NCBI RefSeq assembly: GCF_006345805.1
Contig: NC_043001.1
Coordinates: 6,200,001-6,264,000 of the forward strand
DNA: 64,000 nucleotides
From: Octopus sinensis
Lineage: Eukaryota
Direction of reading: 5' to 3'
In this document: piece by piece, positions 26,491 through 39,500 of the stretch
How positions within the stretch are numbered: the stretch's first letter is position 1
How the letters are laid out: each line of letters starts with the position of its first letter
The notes under the pieces: model-generated
The model's input: the letters and a program-made list of their open reading frames with translations, nothing else
The model's database searches: none
What the model was told of the DNA's origin: nothing
Position numbers and translations under genes: made by a program

Positions 26491-28073
26491 ACTCGCGTGT
26501 GTTTCGGAACATGTAGTCTATATTTGTTTCATTTTCTCTGTTTTGCGCATACACACACACACACATACACACACACATACATACACAAACATGTAATTAA
26601 AAAAAACTTCAAACGGGATATTATTCCATTCAATGTCATGTTTATTATAGAGATAAAGTAACAAATTATTCTTTACACTTCTATATTTGATTGTGCATGT
26701 ATATTCCTTACCTTTGCAGCACATAAATCGTCTTAACATATTTCTGTGTATCAGACCTTTACCTGTTACTCTTAGCATAACGAGTTGTTTTCTGGCGAGG
26801 GATTTATTTGCCTCCATTGCCTGTTTGTTGCTTCAGTAGAAATCTACGGATGCACAAACGCACAACATGCAGAAAATGAAACAAATATGGACGTCTTGTT
26901 CCGAAACACCTCCGAATGGGGAACAGTTCTCAAAAGTAACCCACTAGTGATCTTCCCCGAAATTCCTATGTCCTCGGTATCCATATAGTCCGAGAATGTT
27001 ATTAAAGAATATCCATTTTCTTGAAAGTTAAGACGAATTGAAATGGACACATGTGAAATTTCCAAAATTCCACTCTTGACCCCCTCCTAAAACACTTTTC
27101 GACCTAAAATGCTTTATATTCGGAGTCTTCATAATATACCACATATTGTTAGTAAAATTTACTAAAAAATATCCAGTTATGATCGTCCTAATTAGAGATG
27201 GAGCATAAATCTGTAGTTATGCCGTCAGAATATCGAAGTATAATAAGTGATGTAGAACGTTAGTTTTATCACACATAATCTATGTTTGTCTCTTTTTTCT
27301 TTGTTTTTGGCTTTATCAGCGTGTATTTTGCGGTGCTGTGTATTCTCCTTGAGTTGGTTCACAGTTTTAAAAGTATCTGAAGCAATTAGCTGCGCTTTTC
27401 TGCTTCTGCAGTCGTGCACCTTATAAATGTTTCGACTATCTATCTGTCATCTTCTATTGTTTTTAGTTCTTGAAAATTTTCTAAATTTCGTCTGTCGCCA
27501 TGATACAAATGTGCCTGAGGTCCTTGACATTTTTCCCAGTGATGACTAAGAAAGATTTGTGTGTTCGATTGTAACAGAAAACGTAGATATATTTTTTTAA
27601 ATTTTCAATACCATTTGTAAGTTAGATAGCCAGAGGTGTTTCTGGGTTCTCTTGATAATTACATATTCCAGTATTCAAAAAATGTTAAATTCTCTCAGAA
27701 GTGTAGCTGATACACACATGCAATATATATTTGGTGATCACTTGCTTCACCTTTATTTCATATTAATCGTATTTTAGCCAGAGTTCTTTGGTCACACATC
27801 TGTGACTTCATCAGTGGTGTTTGCTTTCTTCTTTCTTTATTGTGTGACACACAAAAAAAGCAAAGGACCTCTGATTAGGTCAGAGTACAGTGACGAAAAA
27901 ACTCTGCCTTAAATAGGATTAATATGAAATAAAACTGAACCAAGTGAACCAAATACATAGTGAGTGTATATTTATTAGCTTAACTGGCAACATGACCATC
28001 CCCAAAAACCACCATATGTATTTCAACACACAAATTCACATCAAGAATCTTGCAATGCGAACATATAAACTTA

Positions 28074-28130
<57 letters not shown>

Positions 28131-28721
28131 ATGTGTGTGTGTGTCTACGCGTAGAACAGTAATTATATTTCTATTTGTTATATATATGCAAATGCAAATG
28201 TCCATACGTGGTTATGAGGTTGTGCACCTGTTTATTTGTACGTATGAAAGTATACCAGGTGCAGTGGTGATTATATTTCTGCAATAAGACATGGAGCTAT
28301 TCATATCTGCAGAAACGGATGTATAAATAGTCATATATAAACACTGAAATTATATTCAATGGCACCGATATAATTAAGATACGTGATGAAGTCTAAAATA
28401 CCTCAAATCACGCAGGAATAATCATATTAGACAGAAAACTGTTTGAAAATTGAGTTATTCATTGAATACTGAAGAGCAGAAAATCTATATTCAAAAGTTT
28501 GGAATGTAGGAACTCATCTACACAAACAGAACGAATTAATTTTCTGAAATTTTATACACATGTACACACACACATACCCTCACCAAAACACACATATATA
28601 CTCACACTTTCACACACACACATACACAAACACTCTTAAACCAACAGTTACACATAGTTAATCTTTTATGTATAATGCATACTTGCTTACATACATATAC
28701 GTATTTATATATATATATATA

Positions 28722-28806
<85 letters not shown>

Positions 28807-29403
28807 TCACTGACACGCACACACACACACACAAATATATAGATATACATGCATACAGATATGTGTTCGGTAGTGGTGGGAAGGTTCGTGTGTGTGTTTC
28901 AGTAGTTCGTTCGAAGTCACGCCAGAAATAGATTAACATCTCGTAATTTCTCAGCATGAAATGTGATATAATGATTAGGAATTATTACCTCTTTTCCCTA
29001 AAAATATATTTCAAAATACACTCTTTGACATTTAGAGTTCAATATACGAGGTCCTTATTCTAAATGACCTCACTATATTCCTGTGTATCACAAACGCCAA
29101 AATTACTTCACCCACGTTTTGTCTTTATCTTTCCATGTTAGGTTTTATACCATTAGAAATGGCATGTCTTTTGGTACATTTATAAGTGCTGCAGCTATAA
29201 TTCTGTGCTTTTGAAGTAAACTTCCCAAACATTCAGTGTTGGATTAGTTCTGCTTCTTGGGAAGATGGACAAGTGTCTATGTTTGTTTTCCGATGCTGAC
29301 ATCATGAAATAGTAATAACCGGGTCTTCAGCCTCTTCGAAGTTAATTTCATGAGCTGACCAGGCTGTTCCATAACATCTCTTCGCCGTAATGGACAAAGA
29401 ACC

Positions 29404-29454
<51 letters not shown>

Positions 29455-29571
29455 CAATTTAGGAATGGCCTAAACAGGCCATTCGTCCACTAGAAAGAGC
29501 AGCCATAACTCCAACCGCCAAGTAGTGTAATTCAGAAATAAGGTGAAAATTAAAAACATTTACCCTAATCA

Positions 29572-29671
29572 TCTTTTATACGATGCATCGTTTCAGTGTC
29601 TTTAATGATAGACCAGCTTAATTAAATAAATTAAGCTAGTCTACCATAGGTCACACTTCATCAGTAAAAGA
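29572..29671 (-). ncRNA. Complete type I hammerhead ribozyme with greatly extended stem II
   Basis: Stem I UCUUUUA/UAAAAGA (7 bp), CUGAUGA (29664-29658), stem II AGUGU/ACACU closing an 18-bp hairpin, GAAA, palindromic stem III ACGAUGCAUCGU, triplet GUA; predicted cut between 29579 and 29578. Confidence 0.85.
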
Positions 29672-29821
29672 AACCTGGGAGAGACGGATATATACGAGGC
29701 GACTGTATCAATGCCTCGAGAATATCTGTCTTAAAATTTTCAAGACCAACGCATTCGCGCCAAACTTATCGGCAGCAAATATAAACTGCCGATTCAATCT
29801 CAGAATAGTCAGAAAATTATC

Positions 29822-30017
29822 AATTAATCAATTTAGGGTAGCAAAAATTCAGTAAAAATTTATCGCTACCAGCGGCCTAATGGAAAAGAGAAAATAGTCA
29901 AAGACTAAATATGTATAAATATTATACATATTAGTCTTTGACTATTTTCTCTTTTCCATTAGGCCGCTGGTAGCGATAAATTTTTACTGAATTTTTGCTA
30001 CCCTAAATTGATTAATT
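29822..30017. repeat. Near-perfect foldback, about 97-bp arms with 3-nt loop, at the end of a PLE-like fragment (29455-30017)
   Basis: 29822-29918 is inverted against 29922-30017 with one indel; followed by (TA)n; upstream GCGCCAAACTTATCGG resembles GCGCCAAACTTACCGG at 15.32 kb. Confidence 0.9.
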
Positions 30018-30023
30018 TATATA

Positions 30024-30073
<50 letters not shown>

Positions 30074-33000
30074 AGACAGAGAGAGAAATAGATTACATAT
30101 ATAATTGTGTATGTGTGTATATGTATTCACAGTATGTTTTGTAAGAGTGTAATCGGACGTGAGACATAGTGTTGCAAGAATCCTTTCCTGGGGAAATTCT
30201 GCTCTAAGTCTTATGTAAATACATATTTTGTTGTTAATCTGAATAACAGTATTGGAGTGTAGCCTGCATGCATTTTATGGTTGTTCCATTTCGTCAACTA
30301 CGGAAACAAAATAGTGTTCCGACAGGACTATTTGTGATGTCTACACCATTGTATACAGACGAAATCTCAAGTGTAACATCAAAGTTCGCTTTCTTCGGTT
30401 GCAATTTGATGTCTGTCACTCTCAGCTATTGGGTGACTTACTAAAAATCTCTGTAGCGTAATAGATATAGTCGGCATGCAATGATTTGCACTCTCTCACA
30501 TACCATTAATAGCTTTAATTATATATCTATATTCATCACTAATTCCGTCCCCATATAAATTGAATGTAGTTTTCTCAACAATGGTTGTCCAGTCATAAAT
30601 TACATTTTGAGATAAAATAATTGAAATTTGCTTCATGAAAGTAGAGGTCAAGTAAAAATATGTGAGGTCGAAAATAGGAGAGCAAGGCGAAGAATTGACT
30701 TGTAATCAAGATAACTCAGTTATTTCCAAAGGCCAGTATAGATTAATGAATTGTAAAAGAATGTGCTCCCGGGGTAGAATCATTTTCTGAAAACATCGTT
30801 AAAAAGTTCTAATTGCGAAAATCTAGAGAGGACTTAGTTCATGAAATATTACGTAAGGAACAATCAAAATTGATCTTACATAAAAAAGGACATACCTCAG
30901 CTATTATAAAAGAAAAATGAATCTTATAATAGTTGTGTTCAAGTGAAAGAATACTATAAGACGAATTGCATGGTGAAAACCCTGTGAAAAATATTGGCTA
31001 CATAAAGGTCGTATGGCTTTAAGCGAGAGAAAATGGTGATCATTTTAACACAGCAAAATATTTTTGGTATTTTAAGACATCCATCGTTATAGAAGAGGGG
31101 CAACCTATGTTATAAGTGCTTAACTGGCGTTAGTGAACTTCAGGATTCGATTCTTCTATGTGCTTACTTAGCTGCCACTATATTTTCGTTTCTAAGGTTA
31201 TTTAGCCCATATTCTAAGCTGTTTTGAAATCCTTCTGCGTTAGTGGTTTTGTTTAGACAAAAGGTCTGCAAAAGAATATCTTTTGTTGAAAATCTTGTCA
31301 AAATATATATGCTACACTAAGAGTTGAGTCGTTATGAGTGATGAAACGAAAAGATTATAAATGAACAAATTTGTTTCTTTTTAAGAGAAGCATCATATTA
31401 GTTGGACTTAAATGAATCAGTGAACCAGACGAATATTTGTGGGAAAGTCTCGTCTAAAACTATTAAATGTAAAATCATTTTTTGTTTCGTTTTTTGGTTT
31501 GGCTTCCAAGATTCATTATGCGAGTTCGAGTGTTGAAGCATGTTCTGCTGTGTCTGGGGATAGTCATACATCATACAGACGGATAGGTACATAGGTTATA
31601 GGAACAGACGAGCACACATACGCAAATGAAGACTAAAACACATGACCCTATATAGACACACACTTTACTTCAAACAAGAACACACATGGAGACACACATC
31701 CACACTTATGAAGATGCAAATCCATACATACAAACACGGTATATAGTTGCAAAACACACACACACTCAGATATGCACATGTAAGGAGACACATGTACACG
31801 CAGACACACGCAAATACATATACATAAAAACACACAAACACACGAATATACAGAATGCAACATACAAATGCACATACATACATATATACATATGCACACA
31901 CATATATATGCATACACACATATGCATACACACATATGCATACACACATATGTATACATACGTACATACTTGCATGTATAAGCACACACACACATACTGA
32001 CCCACACACACATGCGCACAAACGAACAAAAGGGAACGCAGTGTGAATAAGGAACAGAGTCAAAACTATTGAAAAGGTTGCAAGACCCAACGAAAATTTA
32101 GAATAAATAAAGAAAAAAGTGGAAAATTTTACCGGTGATTTTGTTAAATTATAACATACTAAAAGAGAATGACTCTCTCCAGACACAACAGATTTTTTCT
32201 GATTCCTTATCAATATTCATTAGTGTGTATATGTTTTAAAATATATAATTTTAAAAAAAATATTGAAATAAGAAATTCGTTCATTAAAAAAAATAATTAT
32301 TAAATATTCAATTTGAGTATAGCATGATTTTATAAAATAAAACTTTCACAAATTATTTATATGTAACAGATAAGCTGTTATTAATCCTTTGTCATTTTTA
32401 GGAGCAAATATTATTTGTAAGTATGAACAAAATCTTTATCTAAAATGCATGGGCAATACTATATTTTTGTGTTTCAATTATTGTGTTTTAAAATTAAATT
32501 TAATTAATTATAGAAATACAAGCCTGGACAAAAGTTGGACTAAAATACAGGCGAAGAATCCTAGACAATTCTTAAATTTTGGACCTGGAAACGTGCAGAA
32601 CAATGAGTAACACAATGACAAATGTGGGCACAGAGCGCTGGAAAATTCTTATTTATTGAATCTGGAAAAAGTGCAGGAAAAGAGAGAAAAATTAAAATAT
32701 TGCTGCTGACATTAGAATTCACTAAATATCGTTCGTCCAGTAGCGTGTGCACAATTTTGAATTCTTTCAAATTATTTTAGTTTTTTTTTAATATTCTTAT
32801 TTAGAATACATTTTTTATAAAGTTACACTATCTCTATCTTATTTTTAGTATTATATTATTGTAATAAACTTTTATTTCCCCGAAAAACTCATTATCCACA
32901 GGTTTTAACCAGAGATGTTGTTATAAGTTGAAATACATGCAAGATATATAGACCTCCAAGTAATAAAAAAATAGTATCAGGACAATTACTAAATAAACAA

Positions 33001-34563
33001 AACAATTAATTATTTTTAAATTTAAATTATCAGATAAAGTATTTCCTATTTACATTTAGATGAATATTTAAGAAAGTGTTACCTAATGCACGCAATCAGC
33101 GTGAAACGTAGAAAGTCTCTAGCTTTTTTAGAAAAAAATCTAAGGAGTGATAATACATTGTCGATTGCGCTTAAATTTCTATTATATTCTTTATTAAATA
33201 TATAAATTTATAATATCAAATTTGTATTATGTAACTTTGCAGGCAATTAGTCTTTTCACGAGAATTGAAAATAAATAACTTCTTGTGTATTTTAATTTAA
33301 ATTAGAATGTAAAAATAGTTTTTAAAAGCATAAAATTGAATTTATTACTAATTTAGATTTTAAATTCTAACTTCAGTAGCAGCAATATTTTAAGATTTTG
33401 TCTCATTTTATCCTGTACACTTCCTGGTTTAATATATATATATATATATATAATTAGAAAAAAACACATTTTATCAATTCAAAATTAACAATTAAATTAC
33501 ACCATCTAGAAAATTACATATTATAGAAATATTAAAATTAAAATAACAATAAAATGTCAATGATTAAGTAAATTACCAAAAAGTAATAATAACGTATATA
33601 AATGGTAGAATAAAGACACGTGTTTCGTGGCTATATTTAAGAAATAATTATAGTAGTAGTATATATATATGAACAATTACAAGTATATGTTTAATTTTAC
33701 CTGCAAATTATGACCAAATCTTTGGTGCTTCTTTCGATCCCATGCAGTTAGCAGGAACCTAGACTCAACACGGTAGCTTTTACAGCGTCCGCGTGGATAA
33801 TCTCTATATCTACGTACTCATCATATATGTATGTCTATATAAATATAATTATGTATATATATATATGTTCCTGTATTTATAGTTATGTGTGTCTATGTCT
33901 TTTGTGTGGGTGTGTGGGTGTGGGTGTGCATCTATATTCATCCGTGTTTCTATGTGTTTCTATAGTTTTAAAGAGTGATAGAAAAAAATATTGATATTTT
34001 GATTTTAAACATTAAATTCGGTCCAACCGTTCTATAAATTTAAGTCACTAATAATAAAAAAAAATATTTATAAATAAAATTATAAAATTATTGCAATGCA
34101 GAATATTAACAGTTTGTAACAAGTGCAAGATCTTTACACTTATTCTTTTATTTCGGCAATTCTAAAATAATACATATTAAAATATTGATCATAGGTTCTT
34201 CTTTTATAACAGCTACAAGTAAATATCACATTTGTCACTTCAGAAGCTCTACAATACACACATGTATCTGTCATTCTGCTGCAGGTAAAAGCACCGCAGA
34301 TTCGAAGAGATATATAGCAGAATTTTTTAGTCATTATACTGTTAGGTGAAATTTTACGACATCGACTTTGCTTTCATCGTTCCGTAAATTTGAGTACTGC
34401 AGTCGAAATACAGAGAAATCACGCCGTATAACCTTTCAGGCCTGTAATAGAATGAATATTGTTAGAGGAAAAATTGGAATATAGAAAAGTTAAGATAAAA
34501 AGGCATGATTTTAGAATGGGATTGTGGAACGTTACTGAAGAATATGTTTCTGTCCACATTCTG

Positions 34564-34618
<55 letters not shown>

Positions 34619-34639
34619 ATATAATATATTTATGAAATC

Positions 34640-34790
34640 TATGAATAAATGAAAGAATGGAGTTGAACGACAAATTAACAAATTTCCTTTATTTTCGAAA
34701 TATGTTTCGAAGGCTGCATATTCCTAATTGTGAAGGAATAAGGAGTATGCCGCGTTCTCATCGGGAAAAACAAGGAATTTATGTCAACAT
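34640..34790 (-). mobile_element. Old copy of the 16.2/62.7-kb PLE terminal family with decayed HHR
   Basis: GAATGGAGTTGAACG terminus shared with 16185-16198; minus strand CCGAUGA...GCAGCCUUCGAAACAU. Confidence 0.5.
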
Positions 34791-34838
34791 CAAGATTCAC
34801 AAAAACTTTTAGATGACTGCTCTCACGGAGCGCATACT

Positions 34839-34909
<71 letters not shown>

Positions 34910-35761
34910 GTGTATCTCCCACCGTATCCACAACGAGCTCCTAATTCCTCTGTCTGCGCAGGCTCTGCAGTGAAAAAAGTTCTCAGTTTATTTCCTCGTG
35001 TTCTTTTCTGCTGAAGAGCGTAGGCTCAAAACGTAAAATACATTCTCACCTTCCTCAGCGTTAAACTAATATACCTGCTTGTTGTTTATACACCTGTCTT
35101 CCTCATTCCTTTTTCTATGCATTTATCAGATTCAGCCTTCTCCAGAACCTTTTGAAGCCCATGCGTATGACATTCGCATTTCTTAATTATTATTCGCAGT
35201 AAACAGTAACTGCATAATCTCAACACTGCCCCACAGAGAGATATTTAAAACATGAGAGGTTTTTTCTGGTTTCATTTGTATTTAAAAATTTCTATATGTG
35301 TAGACTCCCTTCAGCATACCATAAACTTATCGGGAAGTAGGAATTAGGATCGAACTCAATATCTACATTTCGCAATACGTAATGATGTTGAGGCTTTTTT
35401 CTTCAATTTGAATTTCTGTAGCTTAAAGCAACGCGAAAATATTTGAAAATTGTATACACCCCATGTATATACTTCGGGCTATACTTTCACATCGAGGCTA
35501 AATATATATTAATAAAAATATGGTTGCAATTCCATTTACATCCGCATGCATATTCCGTATATTTATTTAATAACGTAGATACATAAGCACTCACATATTC
35601 ACACAAATACGTTAACACACACACTTTGTATATCTCTCACACTCTCTCTCTATATATAGTTATATATATACAAATGGAAAGAGAAAAATGATATAGACAG
35701 ACAGATGAAGAGATGAAGATATAGATATATATACTTATATATTATATATTAATATATGTAC

Positions 35762-35831
<70 letters not shown>

Positions 35832-36135
35832 TATGTGTGTGTACGTGTGTATATATGTACTGTGTTTCAATATGTATATGTACCTATAAATAAATATATA
35901 TATGCACATATATGTATCTATATTTATATCTGTGTGTGTGAGAGTACGTGTGTATGTGTATGTTAAGTCAGTTTGTAGAGATCATGAGTCATTACCTTTC
36001 CTAAAGCCTCAGGCAGGTACGATACACTCCTTCGTCTGATATATGGAAAATCACATCTTGCCCAACAGAGTTTCTTGTTTCCATGAAATACATGCACACT
36101 CACAAACACACACATATATATATATACACACACAT

Positions 36136-36169
<34 letters not shown>

Positions 36170-36195
36170 ATATATATATATATGTGTGTGTATAT

Positions 36196-36244
<49 letters not shown>

Positions 36245-36957
36245 CATATATATATATGTATATATGTATATATTTATGTATATTTGTCTTATATATATAT
36301 GTATGTATATATGTATACATCTACATATATATATATATATATTTATATCTACATATATATATATAGATGTATACATATATACATACATACATAAATGCAT
36401 ATACATGCATACATATATACATATATATTATACAATGGGTAGTGACATTAAACTAACTTTTATATCAATGCATGTAGGTGTGATTAAGACGTGATCCGCA
36501 ACTGCAGATATCTCTTTTAAAAAAATCTAAAATAAAATTTACAATCCCTGATGTGCTTCTGAACAATCTAGTTTTCATGTCTCTGGGCTGTTCGAAAATA
36601 GACAATCGTTGAACGAGGGCATTGAGAACTCCTTTGCGATGTTAAACCTGTAATGAGGCTCCATGCTGAGAACATCTGCTAAATCTGTACCACGCTGGCC
36701 TAACTGCTGTGACCCTCTAGATATTACACTCTGTTCCTTCTTTGTGTTTCCTATTGCTCCTTACGCACACGTTCACACACACACACACACATCATATGTA
36801 TACACACATATTCGCGTGCACAATCATTTAACACAAGAATATATTCACAAGTAAAATACAATTTTGTAAAAAGAATTCCTGATGGACATTTCGTGTAAAT
36901 TACTACACGCTTCCGACAAATGTCGACATTCTGTCTGTTATATATCTTCCACAAAAG

Positions 36958-37165
36958 TGGCGAGCTGGCAGAAACGTTAGCACTCAGGGCGAAATGCATA
37001 GCGGTCTTCGTCTGTCTTTACGTTCTGAGTTCAAATTCCAACGAGGTCGACTTTGCCTTTCATCCTTTCGGGATTGATAAATTAAGTACCACTTGTGTAC
37101 TGTGGTGGATCTAATCGACTGGCCTCGTCCCCAAAATTTTGGTCCTTGTGCGTAGACTAGAACCG
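36958..37165 (+). mobile_element. tRNA-derived SINE (family B)
   Basis: TGGCGAGCTGGCAGAAACGTTAGCAC A-box-like head; GAGTTCAAATTCC B-box-like motif; GAGGTCGACTTTGCCTTTCATCCTTTCGG core; four copies in the window. Confidence 0.8.
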
Positions 37166-37334
37166 TTTATATATCTTTCCCCTTATGAAGCTGCACCTTA
37201 CTATTCAAGGTAGATATTATAATTATAATAACCGATGCTATATACACCTAGTTTACACTAGAATCAATTATATAATTTTGTGTCCTAGTATTCCTCACAC
37301 ACATACATACACACAGACACACACATTTCACTCA

Positions 37335-37437
<103 letters not shown>

Positions 37438-37442
37438 TGTGT

Positions 37443-37739
37443 GGAAGCGCAATGGCCTAGTGGTTAGTGCAGCGGATTCGCAGTCGTAGGATCGCGGTTT
37501 CGATTCCCAGACCGGGCGCTGTGTGTGTTTATTGAGCGAAAACACCTAAAAGCTCCACGAGGCTCCGGCAAGGGGTGGTGATCCCTGCTATACTCTTTCA
37601 CCACTCTTTCTCTCTTTCTTCTGTTGGCCTACTCGCTTAGCCAGCGGGGTGGCGTCGTTCCAAGGATAAAACAATGCGAACGCATTGTAACCTGCGATGT
37701 GTAGCAACATCTGATGGTCTGGTCGATCATGTGATCATG

Positions 37740-37740
<1 letters not shown>
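37443..37740 (+). mobile_element. tRNA-derived SINE (family A variant)
   Basis: GGAAGCGCAATGGCCTAGTGGTTAG...GGTTTCGATTCCC head; preceded by (TG)n, followed by (TA)n. Confidence 0.8.
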
Positions 37741-37784
<44 letters not shown>

Positions 37785-38081
37785 CTTGGTTATAAGGTAG
37801 AATGTTATTGACGAAAGAATGCCGTTTGCCGTTAATGGCATTTATAATCTCCGATAATTCCGTAAAAAACAGTAAGTATAAGTAAGGCACAACTTAGCAT
37901 TATTGCAATTGAATATCTGATATAGTTACTGCAGGCACTGCTGTGTGGTTTCAGGGTAACCTCCATCCATCGCCACCCTGAGTCTCTCCTAATAGGTATA
38001 CCCGGTATCGACCAGTTTCCTCTGCGACAATTTGGTGGAATGAAACTGTTTGGAAGACATTCTGTCTATATGCGCATATGC

Positions 38082-38470
38082 GGAGGCGCATTGGCCCAGT
38101 GATTATGGCAGCGGACTCATTGTTGTAGGATCGTGGTTTCGATTCCCAAACCGAGCGTTGTCAGTGTTCATTGAGCGAAAACACCTGAGGCTCCACGGGG
38201 TTCCGGCAGGGGAAGGTGGCAAACCCTGCTGTACTCCTTCCTTCATCACCACTTTCTCTCACTCTTTCTTCCTGTTTCTGTTTTACCTGTCTTTCAAAGG
38301 GGCCAGGCTTGTCACACTCTGTGTCACGCTGAATCTCCCCGAGCAAATGTTAAGGGTACGTGTATGTGGAATACTCAGCTACTTACACGTTAAATTCACG
38401 AGCAGGCTGTTCCGCTGGAACCCTCTTCATCATAACCGACGGAATGCCACGATATGCGCATGTGTGGTCG
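38082..38470 (+). mobile_element. tRNA-derived SINE (family A variant with different 3' body)
   Basis: GGAGGCGCATTGGCCCAGTG...GGTTTCGATTCCC head; 3' body resembles 51.3-51.4 kb. Confidence 0.75.
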
Positions 38471-38754
38471 CACGCGTCTCCCCCCCACTCTCTCTCTCTC
38501 TTTCTCTCTCTCTATGTATGTGTGTGTGTATCGAGGTGTGTATATGTGTTTGTTTTTGTGCTTGTGCTTGTCGGTCTACATCGCTTCGCAACCGGTGTTG
38601 GTGTGTTTAATTCCGCTTTACTTAGCTTTCTGACAGGAGACAGCAAGCAAAAGTATCAGAAGACAAAAAAGCCGTTGCAAAAACCGATTATAGCAGTGAC
38701 TCGATCGATTCCTAGGGATATCTGAAGAAGGAATGTTTAGAATCCGAAATAACA

Positions 38755-39500
38755 TATCAGACTATGCAACTCAACTTGATTTCGAGCCGGGTCGTCTGCT
38801 GCTGCAGAGGACCGATCAGGTAAAGGACCCGGGTATCTTGGTGTATTCCTCCTTTTCGGCCCAGTACGTCCATGCTGCCAACAAAGCAGGCGGAATTCTG
38901 TTCTTGATTCGTCGGTCATTCGGAATGCTCACAGCAGCCATATTCCGACCGCTCTATGTCACGCTGGTGAGACCCATATTAGAGTACGGGATTCAAGCCT
39001 CTCCTCTTTATCTCCTCAAAGACATATAGCATCTCCAAAGAGTCTAGAAGCTGGCTACCCGCATGGTTCTTGGTCTCAAGAATTTGTCTTATGAAGAAAG
39101 GCTGAAGACGCTCGACCTTTATTCTCTAAAAAAATCACGACGCCGTGGAGATCTCATTATCGCTCACAACATCATAAGCGGAAAGTGTAACCTCTCAAAA
39201 GAGCTGTTCTTCACTCCTGCTCCAGAGCGTCGCCTGCGGGGTCATTCCGAAAAGCTCTACCTGCGACGATTTCATCTCAATCGAAGGAGAGGGGCTTTCT
39301 CCATCCGGGTTGCGGATCCGTGGAATAAGCTGCCAGATGAGATAGTGAAGATGCCGACGACCGCTCGGTTCAAAGTCTCTCTTGACCAGAAATGGCCTGA
39401 ACTCTTTACATGAACACCACCCTGTACATAACTACATGGCCCCATACATGGCCTTGCTTTTTGCTTTTTGAGCCAAAAAATTAACTAACTAATTAACTAA
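38755..39500 (+). mobile_element. CR1-clade LINE 3' end (RT thumb/C-terminal region, 3' UTR, short-repeat tail)
   Basis: LYVTLVRPILEYG, LSYEERLKTLDLYSL..RRRGDLI and FSIRVADPWNKLP motifs; in-frame stops; (TAAC)n-like tail at about 39480-39500. Confidence 0.88.

Noticed and set aside
32150-33700. Very AT-rich stretch considered as a NUMT or foreign insert
   Set aside because: No recognisable mitochondrial rRNA, tRNA or protein motifs in either strand.
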